Of a DNA stretch of 64,000 bases, positions 47,566-57,030 are shown in pieces. Position numbers and translations under genes: made by a program. Each line of letters starts with the position of its first letter. Position 1 is the first letter of the stretch. The DNA lies in contig CBDCGC010000003.1 in assembly GCA_965216585.1 (NCBI GenBank), forward strand, positions 2,732,816 through 2,796,815, written 5' to 3'. Origin of the DNA: an uncultured Candidatus Binatia bacterium. Its GTDB lineage: Bacteria; Desulfobacterota; Binatia; HRBIN30; CADEER01. A model generated the notes under the pieces. It ran no database searches and was not told the DNA's origin. It worked only from the letters and a program-made list of their open reading frames with translations.

Positions 47566-47662
47566 CCATTGCGCCGAAGCGCGCAACCGCGTCGAAATGC
47601 GACGACATGGGCCCGAAAGAACCGAGGCTCTTCCGGGCCATGCGGGGGAGGGGTGGTGCGGG

Positions 47663-50107
47663 TCAGGGTAGGGGGCCGGCGCAGCCGAGGACGCTGTCGC
47701 CGGTGTCGGTGTCGCCGTTGAGAACCTGATCGAAGTGTGTGCGTTCGCGGTAGCCGAATCCGACGATGTCGTCGCCGACGGCGAGCCGTTTCCAGTCGAC
47801 CGCGACCGGTAGCTCGATGTTGGTGCCCGACGTCATGTCGTAGACGTTGAGTGCCATGTCTCGCTGCGTGTCACCGTCGCCGTTTTGATCGCTGGCGCCC
47901 TGGGACCTTTCCTTGGTCGCGATGGCGAGCAGTGTTGGCCCGACAGCGTAGGACTTCGACTGAAAACCGGTGTTGGCGAGACTCTTGAGCGAAGTGTCGT
48001 AGACCTGCATGACGGTGTCGCGGATGTCGCCGTCGCCGTTCAAGTCGACGCGCCCGTTGGGGCGCTCTTTGGAGGCGAAGACGACGTACGGCGCGCTCAC
48101 GGTGTACCAGATGCGGCGATGTCGCTTGACCGTGGCGATCGTTTCGAGGGCACCGGCGTCGTAGTCATAGGCGCGAAGGGTGCGATCACTGCGATCGCCG
48201 TCACCGTTGAGATCGGTTTTTCCAGCCGAGTTTTCGATCGAGCGGAATACGATCGTTCGGTCGATGACGCTGGGATACTCGCCCTGCGCACCAGTGTTGA
48301 CGACGGCACCGCTGGCCAGGTCGACGGCGTGGATGACGCGGTCGCGTTTGTCGCCGTCGCCGTTGAGGTCGGTTCCGCCCTGGTGGACTTCCGACACCGT
48401 GACTGCGGCGAGTGTGTCGCCGATGGCGAGGTGCTTTTGGGCCACTGATAGATTGATCTCGACGAGTGATTGCGTCGCGAAGTTGTAGATCCGTCCGACG
48501 TCGTCGTTGACGCGTCCGTCACCGTTGAGATCTCCGAGGTCGTTCTTGGTTTCCGAGATGGCAAAGAGAAGAGCCGTTGGCGAGATCACCATCCTCAGAT
48601 GCGGGCGAAAGATGGCCAACTCCAGGTTGGTAGCGCTGTTGGTGTTCAAGTCGAAGATGTGCAGAACCGAATCTTTGCGGTCGCCATCGTTGTCGAGATC
48701 GACGTCGCCCTGCTTGTTCTCTCGCACGGCGATGGCGATGTGATCGCCGGCGTAGAGGAAGGCGCGTGTGTCGAGTCCGGTATTGGTCAGCGTCTGGGTC
48801 TGGAGATCCCAGGCCTGGACGATCGCGTCGCCGCGATCGCCATCACCGTTGAGATCGGTTCTTTGCGCGCGCTCACTGGTCTCGAAGACGACCCTGTTCT
48901 CGTCCATGACGTAGCGCTTGTGGTGTGTCGCCTGCTGAGTGTTGGTGAGAGCTCCGCTGGCGAGATCGACGGTGAACAAGACCGTATCGGTGTGATCACC
49001 GTCGCCGTTGAAGTCCTGCTTGTTGGACTTGCGCTCGAACACCGCGATGGCGGCCGAAGAACCCGAGGCCAGGAAGTTCTTGGCGGCAACGCCGAGATTG
49101 GTGAGGGTGTGTGTCTGCGAGTCGTAGATGTGCGCGACGTCGTCCGAAGTGTCGCCGTCACCGTTGAGATCCACGTGCTGGCTTCTCTCGCTGGCGGTGA
49201 AGATCAACCAGTGCTCCGTTGCCGCGACGTCGCGAATGGCCAGCCCCAGGTTGTGGAGTCCGCCGATTGGCGTTGGCGTCGGCGGCGCCGGTGTTGCGGT
49301 GTCCGTCGCGGTCGGGATCACCGTCGCCGTCGGAATGTCCGCTGGTGTAGCCGTTGCGGTTGCCGTGTTGAAGGGGGTGCTCGTAAACGTGGCCGATGGC
49401 GACGCAGTCGGCGTCGAAGTGGATGTCGCCGTCGGCGTGTTCGTCGGAACGTTGGTCGAAGTGTTCGTTGGTGTATTGGTCGGGGTGCTGGTGGGCGTCT
49501 GAGTCGGAGTGTCGGTGGGTGTCTGAGTCGGAGTGTCGGTCGGGGTGTTGGTAGGTGTCTGAGTCGGCGTGTTGGTCGGAGTGTTGGGACGTGTCTGAGT
49601 CGGCGTGTTGGTCGGAGTGTTGGGACGTGTCTGAGTCGGCGTGTTGGTCGGAGTGTTGGGACGTGTCTGAGTCGGCGTGTTGGTCGGAGTGTCAGGGTTC
49701 GTCGGCGTGTTGGTCGGAGTGTCAGGGTTCGTCGGGGTGTTGGTGGGCGTGTTGGTCGGTGTCGACGTTGCGGTGCTAGTTGGTGCGGGTGTCGCACAAT
49801 CAGGTACCGCGCTGCATTGAGTTCTGTCGAAGAACGAGTTCGGAGTACAAATGTTTCTACACGACCTCTGTGATCCGGTTCTTTCGCAAATGCCGCTCCC
49901 GTCCAGACACTGGCAGCAGCCGGCAGCCCGGGATGGGCTTGGTACGAGGAAGCCCATCAGCGCCACTAGGGCTCCGATGCGCAATAGTCGCTTCAAGCTT
50001 CGATTGATAGACGGAGTGGTGCTTGCGGTGCTGCAATGGCTCCGCCGTCGTTTCAGGGTCATAGCACATGGAAAACGCAATCCCCGTGCCAAATCCCTCT
50101 TTGCCAT
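47663..50107 (-). CDS. secreted repeat protein: Cys-rich N-domain, Pro/Thr linker, ten DLNGDGD-containing ~50-aa modules (putative calcium-binding beta-propeller)
   Basis: 814 aa. Hydrophobic signal [47 protein letters not shown]. About 170 aa of PTNTPTQT repeats. Ten modules of the form E(R/N)xxxxxDLNGDGDxxDxV. Confidence 0.8.
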   Translation of the reverse strand: MAKRDLARGLRFPCAMTLKRRRSHCSTASTTPSINRSLKRLLRIGALVALMGFLVPSPSRAAGCCQCLDGSGICERTGSQRSCRNICTPNSFFDRTQCSAVPDCATPAPTSTATSTPTNTPTNTPTNPDTPTNTPTNPDTPTNTPTQTRPNTPTNTPTQTRPNTPTNTPTQTRPNTPTNTPTQTPTNTPTDTPTQTPTDTPTQTPTSTPTNTPTNTSTNVPTNTPTATSTSTPTASPSATFTSTPFNTATATATPADIPTATVIPTATDTATPAPPTPTPIGGLHNLGLAIRDVAATEHWLIFTASERSQHVDLNGDGDTSDDVAHIYDSQTHTLTNLGVAAKNFLASGSSAAIAVFERKSNKQDFNGDGDHTDTVLFTVDLASGALTNTQQATHHKRYVMDENRVVFETSERAQRTDLNGDGDRGDAIVQAWDLQTQTLTNTGLDTRAFLYAGDHIAIAVRENKQGDVDLDNDGDRKDSVLHIFDLNTNSATNLELAIFRPHLRMVISPTALLFAISETKNDLGDLNGDGRVNDDVGRIYNFATQSLVEINLSVAQKHLAIGDTLAAVTVSEVHQGGTDLNGDGDKRDRVIHAVDLASGAVVNTGAQGEYPSVIDRTIVFRSIENSAGKTDLNGDGDRSDRTLRAYDYDAGALETIATVKRHRRIWYTVSAPYVVFASKERPNGRVDLNGDGDIRDTVMQVYDTSLKSLANTGFQSKSYAVGPTLLAIATKERSQGASDQNGDGDTQRDMALNVYDMTSGTNIELPVAVDWKRLAVGDDIVGFGYRERTHFDQVLNGDTDTGDSVLGCAGPLP
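49497..49730. repeat. in-frame DNA tandem repeats (2 x 24 bp, 3 perfect + 1 variant x 36 bp, 1 x 30 bp) encoding the Pro/Thr linker
   Basis: The unit gtctgagtcggcgtgttggtcggagtgttgggacgt is repeated perfectly at 49557, 49593 and 49629. Related units flank it. Confidence 0.9.
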
Positions 50108-50259
50108 GTCGGCAACTATGGTAGTCGCTGTGGACTGGCACTCGAGCCCGACTACTTCGGCGCGTTGTTACGTGCGCTGTCAACTTTTTGGCAACCCGCG
50201 ATGCCGCATCTGACGTATCGTTGCTTGCCTGCGATACGAACGGTGTGAAACTGCCAGAG

Positions 50260-50790
50260 TCACTTGGTTTGCGAGGTGGCGAACGGTTTCGGCCAGCGCG
50301 GAACTTTCGCCTTGTAGCGTTCGTAGTCGGCGCCGAAGCGTTTCAGCAGCAGTGGTTCTTCTCGATAGACGACGTAGAGATGGGCGATGAGCCACAGAGC
50401 GGCTGCGTAGATCAAGAGATGCGCCGATTGGAAGAGCAATGCCTCGCCCAGGATCGTGATGATATATGATGTATACATCGGGTTGCGTGTCCAGCGGTAG
50501 GATGCGGAGTGGACGAAGCGCCGCGGCGGATCGATTGGCACCTGCGTTCCATCGCCCTGCTTGACGAAGCTCTCCACCAGCCGTGTTGCCCAGAGGTTGG
50601 CGCCGACGATTACCGCAACCGCCAGGGCCGAGGTGACGATCCCGCCGGTGGCGAAGGGGTTGGGGCGCGAGAGGAAGAGAATCGCGCCGGGCGCGACGAC
50701 GAAGAACATGAACGCGAAGTAGAGGAAGGCGGCGGCTGCTTTCAGGCGCAGGCCGAGTGCTCGCCGTTTGTTGGTTTCACTGTCGTTCAT
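50260..50790 (-). CDS. integral-membrane methyltransferase of the ICMT/PEMT type
   Basis: ATG at 50790 (MNDSETNKRR...) overlaps the upstream stop by 14 nt. It has hydrophobic helices plus RNPMYTSYIITILGEALLF...YREEPLLLKRFGADYERYKAKVPRW. Confidence 0.75.
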   Translation of the reverse strand: MNDSETNKRRALGLRLKAAAAFLYFAFMFFVVAPGAILFLSRPNPFATGGIVTSALAVAVIVGANLWATRLVESFVKQGDGTQVPIDPPRRFVHSASYRWTRNPMYTSYIITILGEALLFQSAHLLIYAAALWLIAHLYVVYREEPLLLKRFGADYERYKAKVPRWPKPFATSQTK

Positions 50791-51280
50791 GGCTGAGCTC
50801 GACGATCGCCGTGCGGTATCCGCAAGCCGTATTCTCAATCGTCGCGGAGTTTCCGTTCTCTTCGACCGATAGGCGAGCATCTTCCCCGTTCGCTCGAATC
50901 CCGCGCAGTGGCCAGTGGTATAAGTCGAGCAAAACGTTTCGCGGTGGGATGACTTGCATCGCCGGGACGTCGATCTCGACGTTCAGCTCTCGATCGTTCT
51001 GCACGATGGAGAAGGCCCTGGTGCCGAAACGGGTTAGTGCGACGACGGTCAAGCGAAGGCCGCGCTTCTGCACGACGACCTCGAATCCGTCCGAAACGGT
51101 CCCCGCTGTCGTGTGCAGGCGCAGGCGGCGGACGAAATCACCGCCGGCGATCGCGCGGGTCGACGGCAGCGCTTCGTTGCACTCGGCGATCCGCGCTGGG
51201 TGGTAGAGGAGCGGAGCGAGACGGGCGCAGCCGTTGATTGCGCAGGTCAGTGCGAGCGACAAGGCGAGGGCGAGCTTCAC
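50777..51280 (-). CDS. DUF3261-like lipoprotein (ApeN-like)
   Basis: The GTG at 51280 overlaps the MMPL stop (GTGA). Lipobox LTCAINGC. 167 aa. Its position after the MMPL exporter matches aryl-polyene clusters. Confidence 0.6.
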   Translation of the reverse strand: MKLALALSLALTCAINGCARLAPLLYHPARIAECNEALPSTRAIAGGDFVRRLRLHTTAGTVSDGFEVVVQKRGLRLTVVALTRFGTRAFSIVQNDRELNVEIDVPAMQVIPPRNVLLDLYHWPLRGIRANGEDARLSVEENGNSATIENTACGYRTAIVELSHERQ

Positions 51281-53646
51281 GAGTGCGGGCCTTTCGCGCC
51301 GTCGGGTGCGACGATGATCAGGGAAAGCGGGGCGAGGATGAAGGCGAGCAGCACGCCGGCACCGGTGGTCGTGCCGATGGCGCGCAGAGCCGGGTGCTCG
51401 GAGATGGCGAGCGCACCGAAGACGAACACCGTCGTCAGGCACGACAGGAGCAAGCTGAGCATGGTTGGACCGAGGGCATCGCGATCGTTGGCGGTATCGA
51501 CGAGGAAAACGCCGTAGTCGACGCCCATGCCCATGACCATCATCAGGGCGATCACGTGCACCAGGTTGGTCTCGGTGCCGAACCAGGAAAATGCCCCGAG
51601 CAGATAGACGACGACCAGTAGGGACGGCAAGAGCGCCGCACAAGCGGGCCTCCAGGAGCGGTAGCGGAGAAGTAGAACGGCTCCGACGAGAAAGGTGCCG
51701 AGCAGGACTTGACGGATCGTCGTCATTCGGAATTCCGCGTAGACTTCGTTGACAAAGGATCTTTGATCGAAGACGACGACGTCTTCCAGGTCTCGCAAGG
51801 ATTGGCGTACGCGGTCGAGATCCCTGGCGTCGCGCAAGTGGGTGATCAGGGCGACGTCGTCGCCGAGGTTGACGGCCATCGTTTCCAGGAGTGGCGCCAG
51901 CGGCGATTGCCGAAGATCGTCGAGCGTCAGTGGCGCTGGTGGATGTCGCAGATCCTCAAAGGCCGTCGCGAACGCGTCGCGGCGAAAACCGACCTCGTGG
52001 AAGAGGCTGTTGACGCGTTCGTCCAGGTCGGACTGCCGCCGCAGAGCGGCGAGGTTGCGCTCCTGCAACGAGCGCGACCACAGGACGTCGTGTAGCGAGC
52101 GGATGCCGCCGAGCGCGCCGTCGGCGAGCAGCGGCTGCAAGCGCTGGTAGACGAGATCGTTCTTCTCCAGCGCCGACTCGACGTCGCTGGCGCTGGCAAT
52201 GATGAAACGCCCGCTCTCGAATGCCGGCATGCGCGCGCGCACGCGCTTCTCCTCTTCGACCAGTGTCTCGTCGATGTTGCCGAGGCGCGAAAGATCGTCG
52301 ACCCAGTGCAGGTGCGGCAGCCAGGCGGCGGCGGCGAGAACGGTGAACAGAGTCAGCGCGCGCAGTAGGCGTGTCTTGTCGCGCAGCGAAACGACGAGTT
52401 GACGCAAGGCGCGGGCGGCGCTTTGCGAGAGGTCGGGAATCCGTCGCTTGTCGCCGAGGAAGGCGGGAAGGAAGAACAGAGTCGCCGCCAGGGCGGCGCC
52501 GATGCCGGCGATCGAAAAAAAGCCGAGCTCGCGAAAGGCCGGCGATGTCGTCAGCGTCAGCCCGGCAAAGCTCGCCATCGTCGTCAAGGCTCCGAGGATC
52601 AGTGATGGTGCCAGTCGCCTGACCGTCTCTTCGGCGCCGACCCCCGGCCCTGAGAGCGCGTGGTGGTTGACCGTGTGGATGGCGTAGTCGATGGCGACGC
52701 CGATCAGTGCCGTACCGAAGGCGATCGTCAAGCCGTCGAGCTCGCCAAGCGCTACCAGGCTGGCCGTCGTAGCTGCCAGCATGCCGAAGAGTGCTGGCAA
52801 CGAGGCCAGCACGAAGGCCATCAGCGTGCGAAAGAAGAGGAGGAAGAGCGCGGCGACACCGAAAAAGGTGCAGGCTCCGATCCAGCGGACGTCGCGTCGG
52901 ATGCTCTCTTCGGCACGCACGGCGACGCGGTTGGCGCCACTCATTTCGATTTCGACGTCATCGCCCCAGCGGGATTTGATCGCGCTGATGGAACGCTGGA
53001 GCTCATCCAAAAACGCCGCCTGTACGCCTGAAGCAAAGTGGGAGTGCACGGTGCTGAGAAGGATGAGCGCGAAGCGATGGTCGCGCGATACCAGGTGACC
53101 GTCGTGTGTCGGAAGTGATGGTTGGCTCGCCTGCGAGCGCGCCATGAGGTTCTGCAGAATACCGAGAGGGTCCTTCGCCGCCAGTGGTTTCAAAAAGGTC
53201 GAGGTGGGTTGCCGCAGCTCTCGCAGGAGTGCCTGCGCACGCGCCCGCAAGGAGGCGTCGCTGAGGAGCGCTGGGATTTCCGTTTCCGGATTCGGCGATG
53301 CGAAGTAGTAACGTCGCGCGGAATAGAGGTCGAGAACGCTGGCGAACGCGTCCTCGCGAAAGTGGGTTCGCACCCAGGCAACCTCCGGGATGTCGGCCAA
53401 CATGGGCACGAGATCCCGGGCGGCGGCGACGGCGCGATCGATGTCGCCGTTGGCGCTGACGGTGAGCGTCATCGATCGACTCAGCTCACTGGCTGCCAGC
53501 TTGCGCGACAGTGCCGCCAGGCGTGCCCGACCACCGTCGGGCATGAAGTTGGTGATGTCGGTGCCGATGTGAAGGTTCGCGGCGCAATAGGCCGACATGC
53601 ACGCGACCGCCAGCGCGAAGGCGATGCGACGCTGCGGAAGGCTCAC
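51277..53646 (-). CDS. MMPL/RND-type exporter (ApeM-like)
   Basis: The GTG at 53646 overlaps the LolA-like gene stop (GTGA). About 789 aa, with two blocks of about 6 TM helices separated by soluble loops. I reject the 71-aa Arg/Asp-rich extension of the listed ORF. Confidence 0.8.
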   Translation of the reverse strand: MSLPQRRIAFALAVACMSAYCAANLHIGTDITNFMPDGGRARLAALSRKLAASELSRSMTLTVSANGDIDRAVAAARDLVPMLADIPEVAWVRTHFREDAFASVLDLYSARRYYFASPNPETEIPALLSDASLRARAQALLRELRQPTSTFLKPLAAKDPLGILQNLMARSQASQPSLPTHDGHLVSRDHRFALILLSTVHSHFASGVQAAFLDELQRSISAIKSRWGDDVEIEMSGANRVAVRAEESIRRDVRWIGACTFFGVAALFLLFFRTLMAFVLASLPALFGMLAATTASLVALGELDGLTIAFGTALIGVAIDYAIHTVNHHALSGPGVGAEETVRRLAPSLILGALTTMASFAGLTLTTSPAFRELGFFSIAGIGAALAATLFFLPAFLGDKRRIPDLSQSAARALRQLVVSLRDKTRLLRALTLFTVLAAAAWLPHLHWVDDLSRLGNIDETLVEEEKRVRARMPAFESGRFIIASASDVESALEKNDLVYQRLQPLLADGALGGIRSLHDVLWSRSLQERNLAALRRQSDLDERVNSLFHEVGFRRDAFATAFEDLRHPPAPLTLDDLRQSPLAPLLETMAVNLGDDVALITHLRDARDLDRVRQSLRDLEDVVVFDQRSFVNEVYAEFRMTTIRQVLLGTFLVGAVLLLRYRSWRPACAALLPSLLVVVYLLGAFSWFGTETNLVHVIALMMVMGMGVDYGVFLVDTANDRDALGPTMLSLLLSCLTTVFVFGALAISEHPALRAIGTTTGAGVLLAFILAPLSLIIVAPDGAKGPHS

Positions 53647-54311
53647 GGTGATCGTTGCCCGCCGGTGTCGAAGAACTTCGCGACCTCGGCGCCGGTGAAA
53701 ACGCGCAGTGGGTCGACTCTCGAGAAGACGGTGTGCGTCGAGTCGCCGTTTGCCTCGTGCATCGTCATCTCGCGCATCGTCGTCGAGTCGCCGCGCATGG
53801 TGATCGATGCGATCATCGACTTGAGCGGATCGCGGTGGGGGGTGAGTAGCAGCGACCAACTCTCACCGTCGAGTGCGAAGCGCGTTTCGTAGCGTTTGCG
53901 CAGCTCGTCCAGATTGCCGTTGAAAAGCACGAGAAAGGAATCGACGAAGGCCCGTGCGACGGGGTTTGATGCCAGTTGAACACGATTGCCGCCAGATTGA
54001 TCGTCGAGCACGATTTGTTCGTCATCGATGATCATCCTGGAGGGTCCCGGCTGGGTCGTATGTCGCGCCAGTCGGCCAGGCGGGATGAAGTAGAGCGTGC
54101 CCCGCGTTTGCAAGGGCGCGTCGAGGAGGGCGAGCCGTTTCGTCTCGAGGAAGTCGGCTTCGACGCCGGGCGTGCTGGCCATCGAGCGCATCAGGGTTTC
54201 CAGCGCCGGGTTCGCCGCCTCGCCGGCCGCTGAGCCGCCGGCGGTCGACAGTGAGAGTCCGATGGCGATGAGCAGGGTGCGGAAATTCACCTGCCGGCCC
54301 TCATGGAGCAT
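53643..54311 (-). CDS. LolA-like outer-membrane lipoprotein carrier protein (ApeL-like)
   Basis: Signal peptide FRTLLIAIGLSLSTAGGSAAG. LolA-like pattern DFLETKRLALLDAPLQTRGTLYFIPPGRL. Start options are ATG 54311 or GTG 54290. Confidence 0.65.
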   Translation of the reverse strand: MLHEGRQVNFRTLLIAIGLSLSTAGGSAAGEAANPALETLMRSMASTPGVEADFLETKRLALLDAPLQTRGTLYFIPPGRLARHTTQPGPSRMIIDDEQIVLDDQSGGNRVQLASNPVARAFVDSFLVLFNGNLDELRKRYETRFALDGESWSLLLTPHRDPLKSMIASITMRGDSTTMREMTMHEANGDSTHTVFSRVDPLRVFTGAEVAKFFDTGGQRSP

Positions 54312-55860
54312 CGGCGCCACGCGTCCCGAGCGGCAGATCGCCGGCGCGCAGTGAGAGAAGGACTCTGGCGATGTCCTCGTCCTGGCGGCGGTCCTCGACG
54401 ACCATGGGGATACGGTTGCGCAAAGCCGCGTGCAACTCGCGCGCGCGCACGCCGCACGTTTTCGGACCGCGCAGATCGACCGCCTGGGTGGCCGCCAGGA
54501 GGCAGATCGCAGCGACCGTTTCGCAGAGCTCGAGCACGCGCAGGCAGTCGCGAGCAGCGATGGTGCCCATGCTGACCTTGTCCTGGTTGTGGGATTCGGT
54601 GCTGCGACTGAAGGCGCTCGCCGGCATCGTCAACTTCAGTGCCTCGGCACTGAGCGCCGAAGCGGAGATCTGCATTGCCTTGAAGCCGTGGTGGACGACG
54701 TCATCGCCGGCGACCAGATTGGCTGGCAGCCCGTCACTCGTCTCGGGCGAGCACAAGAGCACCAACTGCCGGTCGAGCAGGTCGGCGACGCTGGCAATCT
54801 GTGTCTTCAACAGATCGGCGACCATGCAGACGTGGCCGCCATAGAAGTTGCCGCCGTGCAGGATGCTGCCGTCGTCGGCAATGATGGGATTGTCGTCGAC
54901 CCCATTGACCTCGGTTTCGAGGATTCCGCGTGTGGCGTCGAGAGCGTCGAGCAGCGCGCCGATCACATGTGGGGCGCAGCGCAGTGAGTAGCGATCCTGC
55001 AGGCGAGCGGGCGGTTGCGCGTCGCTGTTTCCGAGGTCGTTGCGAATCCAGGCCCCACAGCGCATTTGCCCGGCATGCGGTTTGGCGGCGAGCAGTCGCT
55101 CGTCGAAGTGCTCGCGGTTGCCGTGCATGACGTCGACGAGTACCGCCGTAACGGCGCTGGCCAGGCGGGAGAGGCGCTGGGCGCGGCTGTGGGCGAGGCA
55201 ACTCAGCGCCGTCATGACGCTGGTGCCGTTCATCAAGGCCAGACTCTCCTTGGGACCCAACGTGAGCGGATCGAGGCCGAGTCGCTCGTGCGCTGCGGCC
55301 GAGCTCATCACCTCGCCGGCCAACGTCACCTCGCGTTCGCCCGACAGCGCGGCGGCGAGATAGGACAGCGGCGTCAAATCGCCGGAAGCGCCGACCGAGC
55401 CCTCCGACGGGATCTGTGGCAGCAGCCGGAAGGTGAGGAAATCCGCCAGGCGCTCGACGACCTGCCAGCGCACCCCGGATCGCCCTTTGCTGAGCGCCAG
55501 CAGTCGAAGCAAAACGACGGCTGCCGCGGCTTCTTCGTCGAGAATTGCGCCGGTACCGCAACCGTGAAAGCGAAACAGGTTCTGCGGCATCTGGGCCTGC
55601 TGGTGGCTGGGAATCCGGTTGGTGACAGAGGCCCCGACACCGGTGGTGACGCCGTATACCTGGGCGTCGCCGAGCAGGCGTTCGGCCAGCGCACTTCTCG
55701 CTCTTTCGACACCTTCGCGCAGTCTCCCGGTGGGGTCGAGGACCACCGTGCAGCAGCCGCGCGCACCGTCGGCGACATCTTCGATGGCCAGGGGAGCGCC
55801 GCCGACGACCAGCGTGCGCGGCGTCGCCGGTGGATCTCTGGGCAAAGAGGCGGTGGTCAT
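54301..55860 (-). CDS. aromatic amino acid ammonia-lyase (MIO enzyme; HAL/TAL/PAL family)
   Basis: ATG at 55860. 519 aa. MIO-forming triad in GSVGASGDLTPLSYLAAAL. Also YGVTTGVGAS. Confidence 0.9.
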   Translation of the reverse strand: MTTASLPRDPPATPRTLVVGGAPLAIEDVADGARGCCTVVLDPTGRLREGVERARSALAERLLGDAQVYGVTTGVGASVTNRIPSHQQAQMPQNLFRFHGCGTGAILDEEAAAAVVLLRLLALSKGRSGVRWQVVERLADFLTFRLLPQIPSEGSVGASGDLTPLSYLAAALSGEREVTLAGEVMSSAAAHERLGLDPLTLGPKESLALMNGTSVMTALSCLAHSRAQRLSRLASAVTAVLVDVMHGNREHFDERLLAAKPHAGQMRCGAWIRNDLGNSDAQPPARLQDRYSLRCAPHVIGALLDALDATRGILETEVNGVDDNPIIADDGSILHGGNFYGGHVCMVADLLKTQIASVADLLDRQLVLLCSPETSDGLPANLVAGDDVVHHGFKAMQISASALSAEALKLTMPASAFSRSTESHNQDKVSMGTIAARDCLRVLELCETVAAICLLAATQAVDLRGPKTCGVRARELHAALRNRIPMVVEDRRQDEDIARVLLSLRAGDLPLGTRGADAP

Positions 55861-55958
55861 CGCAACCAAGGTTACATAACTGGCCGGCGGGGGACGAGCA
55901 ACGAACGCCGATCGTCCGTGGAATCGGGGGGGAATTCGCGCTAGGACGCACACCTTGC

Positions 55959-56735
55959 ATGAATGGGCTCTTGCGCCTGGCACGCATCGCGCGGGTCGGG
56001 CTCACATATCTCCTTTACGGTGGATTGATCGCCGGCACGACCAATGTCGTCGTTCCCGTGCTGAGCTCTCTCGGTGTGTACGCGGGCCGAAGAGACCTGT
56101 TGACGCAGAGGTGTCTGCACCATGCGGCGCGCGTCGTTCGCTGGTTGGTCGGTGCGCTGGGAGTCATCGACCTGAGCCTGCACGGTATCGATCGGTTGCG
56201 GGCGCCGGGGCCCTTTCTGGTCATCGCCAACCATCCCACCCATCTCGACGCGACGCTGCTCATCTCGATCATGGCCCAGGTCGACAACATCGCCGAGGCG
56301 AGCTGGGTGAACGCCCCGGTCATGGGCAAGGCGATTCGCCTGTCCGGGCACTTGCGCAACGACCAGCCGCGCCAGGTCATCGAGGACGGAGTGCAGCGGC
56401 TTGCCGAAGGGCGCCGGCTGCTGATCTTTCCCGAGGGCACGCGCTCTCCGCCGGGCCGGATGCATCCCTTCTATCGCGGCGCGGCGCGCATTGCCCTGGC
56501 CAGCGAGTGCGACGTCATTCCGGTCGTCATTCGCTGCCACCCCCCCTTCGGCTTGAAGGGACGGCCCTGGTACGACATACCGGAGGATACACCGAGGATG
56601 TCGATCTCGGTGGGGACAGCCATGAAAGCGCGGAATTGGATCGATGGAAGTGAGAGCACCGCAGTGGCGGCGCGCAAGGTTACGCAGGCCTGGCGCCAGC
56701 ATTTTCTCGAAGAGCTGAGCTATGTCGACACTTGA
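55959..56735 (+). CDS. lysophospholipid (PlsC-type) acyltransferase (ApeD-like)
   Basis: ATG at 55959. HxxxxD in VIANHPTHLDATLL. Also FPEGTRS. Confidence 0.85.
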   Translation: MNGLLRLARIARVGLTYLLYGGLIAGTTNVVVPVLSSLGVYAGRRDLLTQRCLHHAARVVRWLVGALGVIDLSLHGIDRLRAPGPFLVIANHPTHLDATLLISIMAQVDNIAEASWVNAPVMGKAIRLSGHLRNDQPRQVIEDGVQRLAEGRRLLIFPEGTRSPPGRMHPFYRGAARIALASECDVIPVVIRCHPPFGLKGRPWYDIPEDTPRMSISVGTAMKARNWIDGSESTAVAARKVTQAWRQHFLEELSYVDT

Positions 56736-56991
56736 TACGATAGAAACGGACCTGAAAACGCTGATCGTCGATGCGCTCGACCTCGAGGACATCGAGCCGG
56801 CGGAGATCGAAACCGATGCTCCCCTCTTCGTCGAGGGCCTCGGTTTGGACTCGATCGACGCCCTGGAGCTCGCCGTCGTTCTCGAGGAGAGCTATGGGGT
56901 GAAAATCGACGACGACCCCGATCGCAACCAGGTGATCTTCGCGTCGGTGAAGAACCTCGCCGAGTTCGTGCGCGAGAACCGCGCCAAGTAG
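56722..56991 (+). CDS. acyl carrier protein
   Basis: 89 aa. Phosphopantetheine site GLGLDSIDALEL. Confidence 0.85.
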   Translation: MSTLDTIETDLKTLIVDALDLEDIEPAEIETDAPLFVEGLGLDSIDALELAVVLEESYGVKIDDDPDRNQVIFASVKNLAEFVRENRAK

Positions 56992-57030
56992 AACCACCTC
57001 CGGCAACCCTTTCCGCTGCACGCGCGGCCG

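Noticed and set aside
47611-47638. A hairpin between convergent genes (gcccgaaagaacc / ggctcttccgggc) as a terminator.
   Set aside because: The stem has two A-C mismatches and only a 2-nt loop, and there is no U-tract. It is too weak to call.
49497-49730. A regularly spaced repeat array that could be mistaken for a CRISPR array.
   Set aside because: The units are directly adjacent with no spacers. They are in frame inside a long ORF and encode a Pro/Thr linker.
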